Of a DNA stretch of 64,000 nt, positions 49,778 to 62,710 are shown piece by piece (the stretch's first letter is position 1; every line of letters begins with the position of its first letter). The stretch comes from Vicugna vicugna (Eukaryota). A program made the position numbers and the translations under genes. A model generated the notes under the pieces. It did not search any database. It was not told the origin of the DNA and saw only the letters and a list, made by a program, of their open reading frames with translations. Location: positions 507,985-571,984 of the forward strand of contig MU057887.1 of assembly GCA_013265495.1 (NCBI GenBank), given 5' to 3'.

Positions 49778-51254
49778 CTATAAAATAGTATAATTCAACA
49801 ACAGTTAAAAAGGAGTATATTTTAAGTTGACCTTACATAAACTCAGCTTTAGTACCAACAAATGACCTCTAATGAATTTTTATTTATGCCATTAACAAAT
49901 GGTATTCTTGTCAAGAGTAGAATTATTTGGAGAAGGCTTCTGTATACACTTCTACAATAAACTAGTAAACCAGTAAATAATTTTATTTTCATGCACTCAG
50001 TTCTATGGTGGCAAGAACCATGAAGTGGCACCTGCTAACTGAGTCCTTATCTTACTTTTGTTTTTATCTCAGAGTCTGGCAAGCATTCCTGACATCAGCT
50101 TCCTCATTTGTAAGTTGAAGGAAGTTATATGACTTTTAAGGCCCCTAGCAACATTAAATTCAGTAATTTCAGGTAAAATTCCTTTTATAGGATATAATTT
50201 TTTCTACTAATAGGACTGTTAAAGTTCTAAATAATATGTAAATTGGAAGAATTTCCTTACCATTTGTACTATTAATAAAGAAAGAAAGAAATGTGATGCT
50301 TTGAGAGGAAAGCTCCTAATCAATGAAATATTCCAAGTAACAGAAAACAGCAATTTGCCACGGTGTAGTAAAAAATGAGGAAGTTGGACTATTCTAACTG
50401 TCCTTCTAATGTTTAAAGTCCTCCAACTCTACATTTCTGTAAGCTGTTTCAGCATATTATGAATACTACAGTTTACCTTTCACTGACAAAACCAAGGAAA
50501 TATACACATGTAAAAATATGAACAGAGAAACATCACTAATAAGGAACACATCCACCTTTCATTTATTTCTTCAAATATTTATTAATCGCCTAGAGTGTGC
50601 CAGGCCCTATTCTGTGTGCGGAAATTGATTACAGAACAAGACAGAAACAGTCTCTGCTCTTGCAAGTTTACAATCTTGTTATCCTAATGGGCAGGCAGGG
50701 AAGAGGCAATAAACAAGCAAACAAGTAAGAATTCCATACAGCAAAATATGCTACAAAAGAAACAAAACAGAGTAATGCAATGCTACCAGGGAGGGGATGC
50801 TAATTTAGATTGGGAGCATGGACAGCAAAGCCCTGTCTAAGAAAATGGCTTTTTCATGAAAACCTGCAGGAGAGTATCAGCTGTGTAAAAAGTAGGTATA
50901 CAAGTATTGAGGCAGAGGAAATAGAAGAGGCTCCAGGACAGACGGGAGTGTGATATGTTCAACGAGTAATAAAGGTCAGTGTGGTGGGAGAGCGGAGGAA
51001 GTGAAAGCTTCTAGGGTGAACAAGGGGTGATTCAGCAGGCTGGATCTGGAGACTGGATTCCCAGTGCAGTGGGAAGCACTGCTTGGGAAGAGGTTTTTTG
51101 CAAGACAAAGACAGAAACTGATTTTCATTTGAAAAAGATTACTCCAAAGACAACCAACTCTCAACAATATACAAAGTGCTATACTAGGCATTGGGAAGGG
51201 CACCAAGAAATAACCCCTACAGAACAGCATCTGCCAAGTGTGGCCGTGCCTCCT

Positions 51255-51741
51255 AGGGTTCCCCAACACCCTTTCATGGAGCCCCTGAGGTCAGAACTAT
51301 TTTCACAATAATACTAAGACTTTATTTGCCTTTTTCACTGTGTTGACGTCTGCACTGATGGTGTAAAAGCCAACGGAGGGTAAAGCTGCTAGGCCTTAGC
51401 ACAAATAAGAGTTAATACAGAAGCTGATGTGAGAATTCATCAGTCTTCTATTAAGCCAGACATTAAGGAGATTATAAAAATGTAAAATAATACCACTCTG
51501 CTAATTATTTAGTTTTATAAAATGCAGTGTTTTTCATAAAAATATGAAATATGTTATTCATGCTAACACGTAATGAGTTACTTTTACATTGATTATTAAA
51601 ATACATTTTTTACTATCTCAGTTTTAATTTCAAATACAATAAATATCAGCATATGTAACGCACATGAATAGAAATTTTTTGGACTCCTCAATAATTTTTA
51701 AAGCGTAAGAGAACAAAATCCAAAAGTCTGAGAGCCTCTGC
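51255..51741. mobile_element. hAT-Charlie DNA transposon remnant (Charlie1-like)
   Basis: 'tgaggtcagaactattttcacaataatactaagac', 'gcactgatggtgtaaaagc', 'tctattaagccagacattaag' and terminal 'aaaagtctgagagcctctg'. Confidence 0.7.
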
Positions 51742-51977
51742 CGTATAAGGTTAAAAACTCCTCAAGTTTAATTTATTTGGGACAATCAGATACCTTTGCA
51801 GCTTAGGTCATTCTGCCTGTTTGAGAGAGAAGAACCTCAACAGTGGGAAATACATCCAGAAGTTTATCTCTGATGAGCACTGGGCTTTATTTAAGCCTTT
51901 TAGCAATACCCAGCCAACACCTACAACTCTAGCAGGAAGTGTCTGTGCCCAGCACAGTTGGTTACACGACACCTTAC

Positions 51978-52181
51978 CTCTTCTTTCTCTAATTTTGCAT
52001 GTTTACGCTCTGCAGCTACATTTTTTTTCTTATTAAAATTAAATTGTGCATCTTCTTCAGCTTTCTGTAACTTTCTCTTTTTTTCCTCATATTCTCTTGC
52101 AAGCTCTCCTGAAGTGCTGATTTCCTCAAAAAACTGGGTTCTTTCTTTGGGTTTTTTCATTGAAATCAACTCCACAGTTCC
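51978..52181 (-). CDS. SMC1B: SMC1B exon 4 (204 nt): [68 protein letters not shown]
   Basis: TTTTTAAAAG acceptor; GAG|GTAAGG donor; overlaps ORF 51921..52175. Confidence 0.96.
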
Positions 52182-52270
52182 CTTTTAAAAACAGTAAAGG
52201 AGACCAACACATAAAATATAGTGATATATTTTCAAGATCATGAGTCAAATAAACTACCACAGCTACTTAC

Positions 52271-52383
52271 CTGAAAAACTAGACAGTTCCGTGCTTTGAC
52301 TATTATTCCTATCTTTTCCAGCTCTGTGATGTAAAAAGAACGACTCACAGGATTATCATTAAAATGAAATTCTGAGCAACCCC
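52271..52383 (-). CDS. SMC1B: SMC1B exon 3 (113 nt): GCSEFHFNDNPVSRSFYITELEKIGIIVKARNCLVFQ
   Basis: TTTTAG acceptor; CAG|GTAAGT donor; ends at the Q-loop glutamine. Confidence 0.96.
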
Positions 52384-52809
52384 CTAAAATAAAAGAATAA
52401 AGGCTGTTATAAATACCAGACATATATCAACAACTATGGAAAGCTTAATAAGATTTTTTATTGAAATAGCTACTTATGCAATAATATACATGTTAATAAA
52501 CGTATTTAATCAGTCAACAAATACTGAGTGTCTACTACATGCCACAGAATATTCTACAGCAGTGAACATAACAAATGAAATCTGATCTCAAGGAGCTTAT
52601 ATCCTAGTAATGAAGACAGACAAAAATGAGATATGTAAGTAAAATAAATACGTGAGAAAGTGTTAAGTTCTAAGGAGTAAAATAGAGTTGGGAAGGGGGT
52701 ATGGAAGTTCCTGTGTAGGAGAAAGAGGCACTGCAATTTTAAATAGGATGGATGCAATGGTCTGAATGTTTGTGTCCCCTCTAAACTCAATTTTAAATTG
52801 AATGTTTGT

Positions 52810-53175
52810 TAGGGTCTGTGGCGACAGTGGTTGAGGGGCTGGGGTAAGGAAAAATGCGGAGATGTTGGTCAAGGGATGTAAGCTTTCATTTATGCAAGAT
52901 AAGTAAGTTCTGGAGATCTAATGTATAGCAGTATGACTATAATGAACAATACTGTATTGTATTCTTCAAATTTGCTAAGAATGTAGATCTTAAGTGTCCT
53001 TACCACACACACATCTACACACACACACAAGAAAATAGTAACTATGTGAGGTGATACATATGCTAATTAGCATGACTGGTAATTATTTCACAATGTATAT
53101 TAAAACATCAGTTATATACTTCAAACATATACAATTTTATCTGTCAATTATACCTCAATAAAGATGGAAAAAATA
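52810..53175 (+). mobile_element. LINE-1 3' UTR terminus
   Basis: 'gatgttggtcaaggga..taagctttca...aagttctggagatctaatgtatagca...gtcaattatacctcaataaaga'. Confidence 0.85.
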
Positions 53176-54029
53176 AATTTAGGATGGTTTACTGTAAACA
53201 AAGTAGGTTAGGGACTCCGGCTAAGGTACAGACTTGATAAAAAACTCAAAGAAAAATGAGAAAACTAACCAATGAAAATATCTGGGTGATACAGTGGTGA
53301 AATATTTAAATTACACATTAAGGTACAAGTATACAATAAGTATTTTTAAAATTATTTGTGACTGGACTTGAGGAAAGTTAATAAGACAGTGTTTATACAT
53401 CAGAACCTTAGAACCATGCTCTAGAGGCAGAATGAAAACAAGTAACAACAAAAAACAAAACCAAGAAGCATCTATTTATAGAGGCTCTGTAAACTCCTAG
53501 CATAGGTAGGAAATACACATATAAATAAGTCTCAATCTTGTTTATTCAGGAAATGCAGGGATTTCCTGAATAAATCACAAAATACAAATTCAAATATTTC
53601 ACTCAAGTTGCTTTCTGGTGACAGAAAAAACTCTGTACAAACCAAAAATATGCATTTCATTAATTAATCACTAGGAAAACCACATAAACATGTATACAAA
53701 AAGAACCTCAGAAAGGACTTTTACAACATCCCTGTCTTTGAGGTAGACTTTCTCCTTCACTTTAACCTAACAACTAGGGAGAAAAATGACCTTTGATAGT
53801 AGGGGAATTTGAATAAATATGACTTCTTAAAGAAGAGTCCAGCGAAGAATCAAACATGTTCTATTACATGCTTCTGACATCTGCCACCCAAGAACAAAAA
53901 AGGAATCACTAATTCACTCTATCAGTGGAATAATAAATCACACCTTTCAACAAAAGGAAAAAAACAGGTAATTCGACTTAACTCTTGAAAAATCAAATGA
54001 CTCCTAAACAAGCATCTACCAAAAAATAC

Positions 54030-54218
54030 CTCGGATGATCCTTGTAAATGTTTTCTCTTCTCCACTTTCCTCCACATATACGATTTTTACACTTGCAGAA
54101 GAAGAAACAGGTTTTCCAATATGTGCTCCATGAATAAGTTCTTGAATATTTTTCACTCTTAAATTAGCTATTTTTTCTCCCATTACAAAACTAAGTGCAT
54201 CCATTACATTAGATTTTC
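54030..54218 (-). CDS. SMC1B: SMC1B exon 2 (189 nt): [63 protein letters not shown]
   Basis: Pyrimidine tract + CCCCAG acceptor; CGAG|GTATTT donor; carries the end of Walker A (GKS); phase 1/1. Confidence 0.96.
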
Positions 54219-54599
54219 CTGGGGAAGAAGAGAGAGAGAAAGACAAAGTTATTTATTCTTGATGATAAAACAAATCTTACCCAGAGCCAAAGAAACCAGG
54301 CTTCAACGGAAGTAAAATATAGCAAATACACACATCTAAATAGTCTATCTTTTCTATATTCAACATGCATGTGCCTGAACAGTTCTACATAGGTCACTGG
54401 TTTCTTCTATACAGCTACGGTAGAGTATTGAGTGATCTAAATTTTAAACTTAAGCATCTAAGCCCCTGCTCTCTCACTATTAAGTATTATACCAAGGCAA
54501 ATCACTTAACTTTTTTGAATTTTCGTTACTCCCATTTTATACATTTTATAATTAAAATCCTGTCTCCAGGATTCTCCCAAGGGCTAGACCTAGGTTGCT

Positions 54600-55145
54600 A
54601 GGATAGTTATGATTGGTATGAGCTGGTGGTACAGAAAGGTTCCACAGCATGTCCAAGCCTGCTGTCCTCTGAAAACCCTGCTCACAAGGTTGGCTGGCAT
54701 TGTGGGATCTGGCTTTGGAGTCTGGGAGGGTTTCTACAACTTTCTGATAAGAATGTCTGACTGTGCCTAATCAGTTTGATTTATGCTGAATACTTGCTTT
54801 CTTCCTAAGAGTCTGGAATTTTAGTACATGCTAGGCAGAGGTGCCTGTGTGACCATTCCCCAGTAAAACCCTGGGCACTGACTCCTTCATGAGGTTCTTT
54901 GGTAGATGACATTTCACATCTGTTATCACAACTTGTTGCTGGAGGAGTTAAGCCTGTCCTCTGTAACACTGGGAGAAGAGTCATGGAACCTTGTGCTTGG
55001 TTTCCTCAGAGTTCTCCCCGTGAGCCTTTCCGCTTTGCTGAGTTTGCTGTTTCCTTACACTGTTATGAGTAACAACCATGAGTAAAACCATATGCTGAGT
55101 CCTCCAGCAAACCGCCCAAAGGGGGTAGTCCCGAGGACTCTGACA
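54600..55145 (+). mobile_element. MER21-like solo LTR in intron 1
   Basis: 'gctaggcagaggtgcctgtgtgacca..ccccagtaaaaccctgggcactga', 'catttcacat.tgttatcacaacttgttgctggaggagttaag'; ends ..TGACA; 5' boundary approximate. Confidence 0.75.
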
Positions 55146-56265
55146 GGGATGGCAAATTATTCTATTACCACCACAGTTTGCTCTAAGACAATTTCCAAGG
55201 TGTAGAGTCATTTCAGATACCACCACATCTAACTTTTTTTTCTTTCTCACATTTCTTCCCCCATATCCACAAGCAATTTAAACTTCCAGTGCCAAAAGCG
55301 AGGAAAGTAACACTAACAAGAGAATACTGCCAGTCACTGGAAATACGGCTTAGTTTTAGAAGTTCATGATCTTTCTAAAAAGAACTAGAAGTGGCTAAAT
55401 GCTGCAAATGTATTTAGCTAAGTCTCAGTTAACTAACAGGTATGAAACATGGCTTTTTTGGGTTAACTGATAACCTGCAGACTGAGAGCTACTGTAGACA
55501 GTTACATATATAGGACTAAATGAACATTCACTGAATTGAATTGAAGTCTGACAGCAACAGAATTAAATAGAAACTGGTTTTGGTCAATCCTTATTTAAAA
55601 ATATGCCTAAAATAAACACTTCCCCATCCAAATTCATTCATTCCATTAATTATTTTGTGTGCTAGGTCATAAAGATATGGTAAAAGGACAAGACAGATAA
55701 AACAACCCTGCCTAATGAAGGTTATAATCTATTATGAAAGTTAGACAATAAACAAAAAAGATATATATTATAGTAAGCATCATGAGGAAACAACTGAAGG
55801 ATGAGGGTAACTAGGAGAGGATGATCAGGAAGCATTTATTAAGTGCCACCTGCTAGCTAGTGTTGAAAAGAAAGTAAATGAATGAACCAAGTTAAGTTTT
55901 GTAATGGCCAGATCAGGAACCTCCACTGTAAATAATCCAAAACCAACATTAGGAAAATAATAATTCTGAAAGAGTTAACTTCTAGGCTATCATCACTTGA
56001 TAAAGATGGACCAAATATTCAAAGATATAAGAATTACCATATCACTCTCTCATCTCAAAACCTCAGTATTTACCACTCATTTGCCCTCTTATCAACCGGC
56101 TGCTAAGTCCCTTTTGATTTCAATTTTACATATCTCTTCCATTCCGCTCCTTATCATCCTCCCAGTTATTTAAGTTCTCCCGCTTCCCAAGAGCTTCCTA
56201 GCTGGACTTAACCTTCACTCTCTTGCCTCTTCAAATTCATTCATTCATTCTATAAACATTTATGC

Positions 56266-56364
56266 GTGGGTGGAGATGTAACTCAGTGGTAGAGCACATG
56301 TTTAGCACGCCCAAGGTCCTGGGTTCAATCCCCAGTACTTCCAGTAAAAAAAAAAAAAACAAAA
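56266..56364 (+). mobile_element. tRNA-derived SINE (Vic-1-like) with 12-bp TSD, inserted in an L2 3' end
   Basis: A box 'aactcagtggtagag', B box 'gggttcaatcccc' and poly-A; TSD aaacatttatgc (56254-56265) / aaacacttatgc (56365-56376). Confidence 0.88.
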
Positions 56365-57774
56365 AAACACTTATGCAACACCTATTAATCAGGCATTCTG
56401 CTAAGTACTAGGGCTAAAAATAAGTATATTCAGGACTTCTTCAAAGGTGCTTACAGTGCGAAATATAATCAATTTTTATTGAACCCCCTTTTGTGCCAGA
56501 TACTCCACATCTGCCATTCTATTCAGTCTTTGCAATAATCCTATGAGAAGGGTATTTAATTTGCATTCCATAAATTAAAAAGCAGAGGCTCAAAGTCAAA
56601 CAAATCATATGTTTTGTTTGGGGTTAGGTGTCTGATTCCAAAATCTATACTCTTCTCAAAAAAAGGAGGAAATTATAATTTACTATAATAAATTCTAAGA
56701 TAAAATTAACACAAAGAAATACAGAAGCACTTAACAGAAGTATTAACTACTGGAGACTCTGAGTAGGTTTTGCAGGAGGTAATTCTGGGCTAAGTTTTAC
56801 AGGGTTTGGGGAGGCAGTGCTGAAGGTAAACATAACCATTCCAGGAAAACAGAAGAGCCTGGTCATTGGTACAAATGGCAGAGCAAGGTACCATTCCAGT
56901 AGGAGATGGCAAGTAACTATACAGAGGTGAAGCAGAGCTTGCAAGGCTGGGAATGATGAGAGAGAAACTAAACTTTATGCTAAAGATTATGTGATGCCTT
57001 GAAGGATTTTAGGAATAGCAGTGACTTTTTCAGATATGTCTTGTGAAGATTTCTCAGACAATAACCCACCAGAAAAATGGGCAAAGGACATAAAAAGGTA
57101 ATTCAGAGAAATACAAAAAGCCCTTAACCATATGAAAAGACACTTGAGCTCAGTCCTAATAAGAGAAATGTAAATTAAAACTGTTTTGGCTACCATTTCT
57201 TATCTACTAGACTCCAAAACTTTGAAAATATATTCTTTTGATGAGGCAAGAAGGAAACGGGGTATCTCACAAAATACTGTTGAGAGTACAAAATGATAGT
57301 AGTTACTATGCAGGGGGAATTTGGCAATAGCTAAATTATAACTCCATTTAGCTTTTGAACCAGCAATTTCACTCGTAAGAATCTATCTCCCTGATACATA
57401 TGCACTACTACAGAATGGCAAATATACAATTATACAATTCATTATAGGTCAATTTCTAACAGAAAAAGACTGAAAATAACTTGTGTCCAAAAATTACAGG
57501 ACTATTTGAAATAACTATGTAACAGCCACACAGTGGAGAATCACACAGCAACAAGAGGACTGAAGATAAAGTAAGAAATGAAAAAAGAAAAGTGTGTAAC
57601 AGCATATATAGTAAAACATATGTATGTGAACTTTTATTTAGAGAAAAAGTGAGGGGTTAGGAATAACAATACACAGAGATTTGCTAGCATTTGCAAAAAT
57701 AAACACTGAAGGATAGTCTAGAAACTAATGGTTATGTACAGCAGGTAAAGAAGAGCAGGACCTAGAAACTGAGT

Positions 57775-58147
57775 TGGACACCTGCTTCTGTCCTCAAGCT
57801 TTCATGCCTTTTAGCTTCCAGTTGGACTTGGATAGTGGGGAGCTCTGGCAGGAGGAAAGAAGGCTCAAGAGTAAAGTCAGGGTATTTACTTCCCTACTTT
57901 CCTCCCTGGGAGGTGGCTTCCAACTGGCTGTGCCCTACAACAGAATGTCACTGCCTTTTCAAAGTTCCTTCTGGGTTCCTTCCTCTCTGGGCCTTGGGGT
58001 AGTGGCAACTCCACTGCTGCTAGCCCTGTGATTCCTCTATTCCTTGTGGTTCCTCTATAGCCCTCCCACACTTCTGTAAATAAATCTTTCTCAAACTGTC
58101 TAATTTGATAGTGGCACCTGTTTCCTGTTGGGACCCTGACTGGTACA
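57775..58147 (+). mobile_element. ERVL-type LTR remnant (LTR33/LTR16-like)
   Basis: 'gcttccagttgga', 'gtcagggtatttacttccc', 'tgtaaataaat' and terminal 'ctgtttcctgttgggaccctgactggtaca'. Confidence 0.65.
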
Positions 58148-58659
58148 GGGAGCAGAGGTAGAAGTAAGATTTCTCTGTGTATACTTTCCTATAGTTTTGA
58201 TCTTTAAATATGTATATGCATGACCAATTAAAAAAAAACCTAAATGTTAAAAATCCCACAAATGAAAACAATCACAAACAAGTAAATTTAACTGAATATT
58301 AAATTAGTAACATAGGCATACTGAGAAATGATTCATTTCAAGGGACTTCAGATCACAAAATTCTGACTGTACATTCTTAGTGAGATCCATTCTAAGGACC
58401 AAACAGAAGTACAAAGGAATTTTATATTCCCTTTAAAAGCTTTATTGTCTATAATGTTATTGGTTCTGGTAGTTTAAGAGAGTTTTCTTTATGTTGTAAC
58501 TTAAAACAAATAAGTAATTATGTTAGTCATGTTAGGAAATAAGATTTTCAGAGTAATGAAAAATAATTTAATGACAAAAATCAAGGGAAGGTGAAAACAC
58601 AGTTAAGTTAAAACCGAATGGAAAATACCAGCATGAACTCAATTTTTAAAAATTACTGT

Positions 58660-59410
58660 AACGTGAAAAGATGCTCAAAATCAGTCATTAGGGAAATTCA
58701 AATCAAAACTACAATAAAATACCACTTTACAATCTATTAGGATGGCTAAAAGAAACAAGACAAACAGTAACAATTATTGGTGAAGATGTGGATAAATGTG
58801 AATGCTTACTTATTGCCAGTAGGAATGTAAAATGATGAGTCACATCAGAAAAGAGTTTGATAGTTCCTCAAAATGTTAAACAGAGTTACCGTAGGACCCA
58901 GAATCTCCCCTTCTAAACATATTCCCAAAAGAAATGAAAAAACATCTCCACACAAAAACTTGTACACAAATGTTCATGACAGCACTATTCAGAACAACCA
59001 CAAAGTAGCAACAACTCAAATGTTCATCAACAGATGAATGGATAAACACAACGTATGAATACATGTTAGTACTAATACATAGATGGACCAATTATGCTAA
59101 GTGAAAGAGGCCAGCACAAAAAGCCACGTATTGCATGGCTCCATTCACATGAAATGTCCAGAAAAGGCAAATCTATACACATAGAAAGTAGGTAAGTGAT
59201 TGCCAGGGACTGGGTGAAGAGGAGATAATGGGGAAGGATTGCTAATGGGTACAAGATTTCTCTTTGGGGTAATGAGAATGTTCTGGAATGAGAGTGATGA
59301 TGGTTATACAACTCCATGAATACACTAACACCACTGAATTGTACACTTTTAAAGGATGAATTTTATGGCATGTAAACTATATCTCAATAAAGCTGTTATT
59401 AAAAAAAAAA
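58660..59410 (+). mobile_element. LINE-1 ORF2 end + 3' UTR (L1MB-like), nested in older L1 debris spanning ~57050-60850
   Basis: 'tcattagggaaattcaaatcaaaactacaa', 'atgttcatcaacagatgaatggataaac' and 'tatatctcaataaagctgttattaaaaaaaaaa'. Confidence 0.85.
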
Positions 59411-61099
59411 GAACAAATCCAAAAAAGCCCTTTATGTACTTTTTAGCCCAATCCTCTGGAATGGTCCAGAACCACTGTTATCTAAACACACTAAATACTT
59501 CTAGTTCCCAGATGGTGGTCTTTGATACCTTGCCTTCTAAAAGGAACCAGAAATTATTGGAAAAGTGGTTGATTCCAAGACTGTGGCAGGGAAAGCTGAA
59601 GATGAGTCTGAGAACTGGGACACCTTACATTAGAAAGCAAGGGAGCTCTCAAATATTAATGAGGTCACGACCAAAGGAAACAGGAAGCAGCTTGAAGGAG
59701 CTCCCGCTGACTAAAGTTATGAAAATCTGAGCATCAGAAAGAATAATGATTTTGGCAGATTATAGCACATTGCACCAATGAAAATTCATGAGTCCATAAT
59801 GATCCTGACTAAAATAAATTTTTAAAAATTTTAAACCATTCGCCCTATTAAAACTCTTTTCTTTGAAAAAATTGGTTGAAAGAAAGGGGGCTCTTTTTTT
59901 TCAGTGTGAACTGTATAAGCCTACTTAATGAAGAAAAACTTTTTTTAATAGAAGAATACCATCCAATGAATATAGAAAGCAAAAATAGAATTAGAAAACC
60001 TAGTTTTGCAAACCTTAATGACATGCTGACCCAGGTAAGATTATTAATTGGCATTAAAACCATCTGGGTAAATAGTTGACAGAGAATATGTGTATAATGC
60101 CAAAGTGGCACTAGTAACACTACAACACTAGGTTAGAAAGAAGGGGAAAAGCTACTGTAAAATGGAGATCACTGTCACCACCCTAACCCAGGGGTCAATC
60201 TTAGTTTAGCATCACCAGATATCATGCGATAATAATGTAATGTGAAGTACACAACATCACCTAAATGAAGTCTAGCCAAAAATGTGTAACTTGAAACCAT
60301 CAACTTTTTAGCTACACCTTCTAGTTCACAAAAGTAGAGGGAACGGAGGAAAAAACTAAACAACATCATAAGGAAGCAATCAGACACATCTTAACATTCT
60401 GTGGGAAAACTTTTCCAATCCTTCCAATCTTTTCAACAAGTCTGTGTTATAAATAAAAGAACTGTACTACATTAATAGAGATCTAAGGAATGTAACAGTC
60501 AGATGCAATGTGTGGTTCTGGGGTGGAAAACAGTTTGGTCAAAGAACATTTTGGAGTCAAGTGAGGAAATGTGAATTTGAGCTGTGCATCAGATGAAATA
60601 AACTAAAAAAGAAAGGTGAGGATAATTGTCTGAAACATAAGTTAGTATGTATCGTATGATCTTATTTCCATTATAAAAAAGTTTGCAGGGAAAAAGATCT
60701 ATATGGGTAAAAATCTATATGGCTATGCCCTAAAGTATTACAGTAGTACTCTCTGCATTGTGGAATATGTTTTTACCGCTTTACTCTTGCTTACTTTCTA
60801 ATTTTTTACAATGCAAATAAACTGCTTTTACAATAATAAAATATTGTTTTAAGAATTCAGCACCCATTATGGATTATCCAAAATGGTTTTTTCTTGATAA
60901 ACTTTTTTTCCTGATTAAAACAGTAAACCATTCAATGTAGGGTATCTGGAAAACAGAGAAAAGTACTTCTAAAATCACCTGAAAAAATCACACCATCCAG
61001 AGAAAACTGTTGATGGAAATGGATACTGAATTTTGTCAAATGCCTTTTCCTTATCTACCAAGAAAATAAAACGGATTTTCTTTCTTGCAGGAATAATGA

Positions 61100-62710
61100 A
61101 GATTACTGTGGTAGCAGTGTGTCACATGGGTTAAAGTAAGGTAAGATCAAATGTTGGGAACATAGCTAAAAGGTGACTGCTTTAATCCAAGGAGGAAATG
61201 ATGAGTCTGAAATAAAGTGATAGCAGTGGGAAGAGAGAGAAGAGGGCAAGGTTATTATGGAGGCAGGACTGGCACAGTTGGTAATGTACTGGCTGTGACA
61301 GGGAGAACTTATCAAGGATGAAGGAGAACTCACTAAGGTGGCAGCCATCTGAAATCCTGGGAGAAAAGCATTCCAAGTCCAAGGAACTGAAAACGCTAAA
61401 ACTCTGAAATGGCAATGAGCTTGGCCTGTGTACGGGAAGCAAAAAAAGTAATTCTGGCCTGAGTATAGTAAATGTGGAGAAAGAGAATATTTGAGAAGAG
61501 AAACATACAGGGGTCAGATTATAAAGGGCTTTGTGGATCATGGTAAGATACGGATTTTATTTCAAGCGCAGAGGAAAGCCATTGGATAGAATTTTAAGCT
61601 GGGGAGTGCTTTGATTTATAGCTCCCCCCACCACCTTTTCTTTAATGTTCACTCTGGCTGCTGTTTGGTTTGCAGAGACAAGGAAGGGAGCAGAAGGACT
61701 TCTTAGGAGATTACAGCAATAAGCCAAATGAGAGCTCTAGCAGCTTCAATTATAATAGTGAAGAGGGGCAAGAAACAATTGGATTCAAGATGTATTTCAG
61801 AGGCAGAGTCATCAGGATAAATAGATGGTTGGATGAGGAAAGTGGGGTGTAGAAAGTAAAAGAGGAATCAAGAGTTACTCTGGGTTTCTGGTCTAAATAG
61901 ATGAGTAAATGGCACCCCTTAGTGAACTGGTAAAGACCTAGGAAGGAACAGGTTTGTTGTTTGGTAGAGGCAGGGGAGAGGAAATTAACTACTCTTCCTG
62001 ACTATATTGTTTAAGATATCTACTAGAAATAGGAAACTAAATGCTGATTATAGGCTGGAAATACAATTTGGAAAGGCAGTAGTGTAAGGATGGGACTGAA
62101 TAAGACCACTTGGGGGAAAGAACAGAGGGAAGAAACAGGATATACTCCCAGGGGATACTCCATCGCTTAAGAGAGCTGGGGGAGAAGCAGCCAGTAAATG
62201 AGGGGTAGCCAGTGAAGTAGAAGAAAACCTTGCTGGTATACTCACAAAAGTCCAGAGAACAAAGTATTTCAAGAAGGGAGAGATGAAGGCTTTCCCGTGA
62301 CCAACTTCTTTAAAAACACCCTCAGCATTTCCTATTCCCCTCCCTTGTTTCTATTTTTTTTTAAGCTTAACACTTTAATATTTTATGTATTTTTCATAGT
62401 TAGTTTGTTGCCTGTCTCTCTGAATTTGAATGTCAGTTCTACACAGGCAGGAATTTTTATATCATGTTCACTGATGAAATCCAAACAACCTAGAATAGTA
62501 GATGGCATATAGTAGGCATTCAGTTATTTTTAAATGAATGAAATACTGCTGAAATGACAAACAGGATAAGGATACGAAACTGACCACTGACTTTCATAGA
62601 TATAGCTCAATAGTGACCTAGATAAGTGTCATTTCAATGAAGTTTGGGGCTGAGAACTGAATCAAAGGGGTTGAGAAGAGAATGGAACTATAGACAATTG
62701 TTTCAAAGAG
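61100..62710. mobile_element. L2 LINE remnants (others near 4530-4920, 9530-9980, 12700-13020, 37850-38430, 50560-51200)
   Basis: Purine-rich L2 motifs 'ggaaagccattgga..attttaagc', 'cactctggctgctgt' and 'gaggaatcaagag..actc'; (TGAA)n end near 62535. Confidence 0.65.

Larger units (their letters stand above)
555..54218 (-). other. SMC1B: SMC1B gene body (partial; coding exons 2-22), structural maintenance of chromosomes protein 1B, meiotic cohesin
   Basis: 21 GT-AG exons splice in frame (3,316 nt) into an SMC1 protein. Motifs: Walker A end GKSN, Q-loop LVFQG, hinge GX6GX3GG, signature LSGGEK. Residues such as [16 protein letters not shown] and [19 protein letters not shown] match SMC1B rather than SMC1A as I recall them. 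Confidence 0.97.

Noticed and set aside
555..54218. SMC1A or an SMC1 pseudogene
   Set aside because: Sequence motifs match SMC1B as I recall them; introns are present, splice sites are intact and the joined frame has no stop or frameshift.
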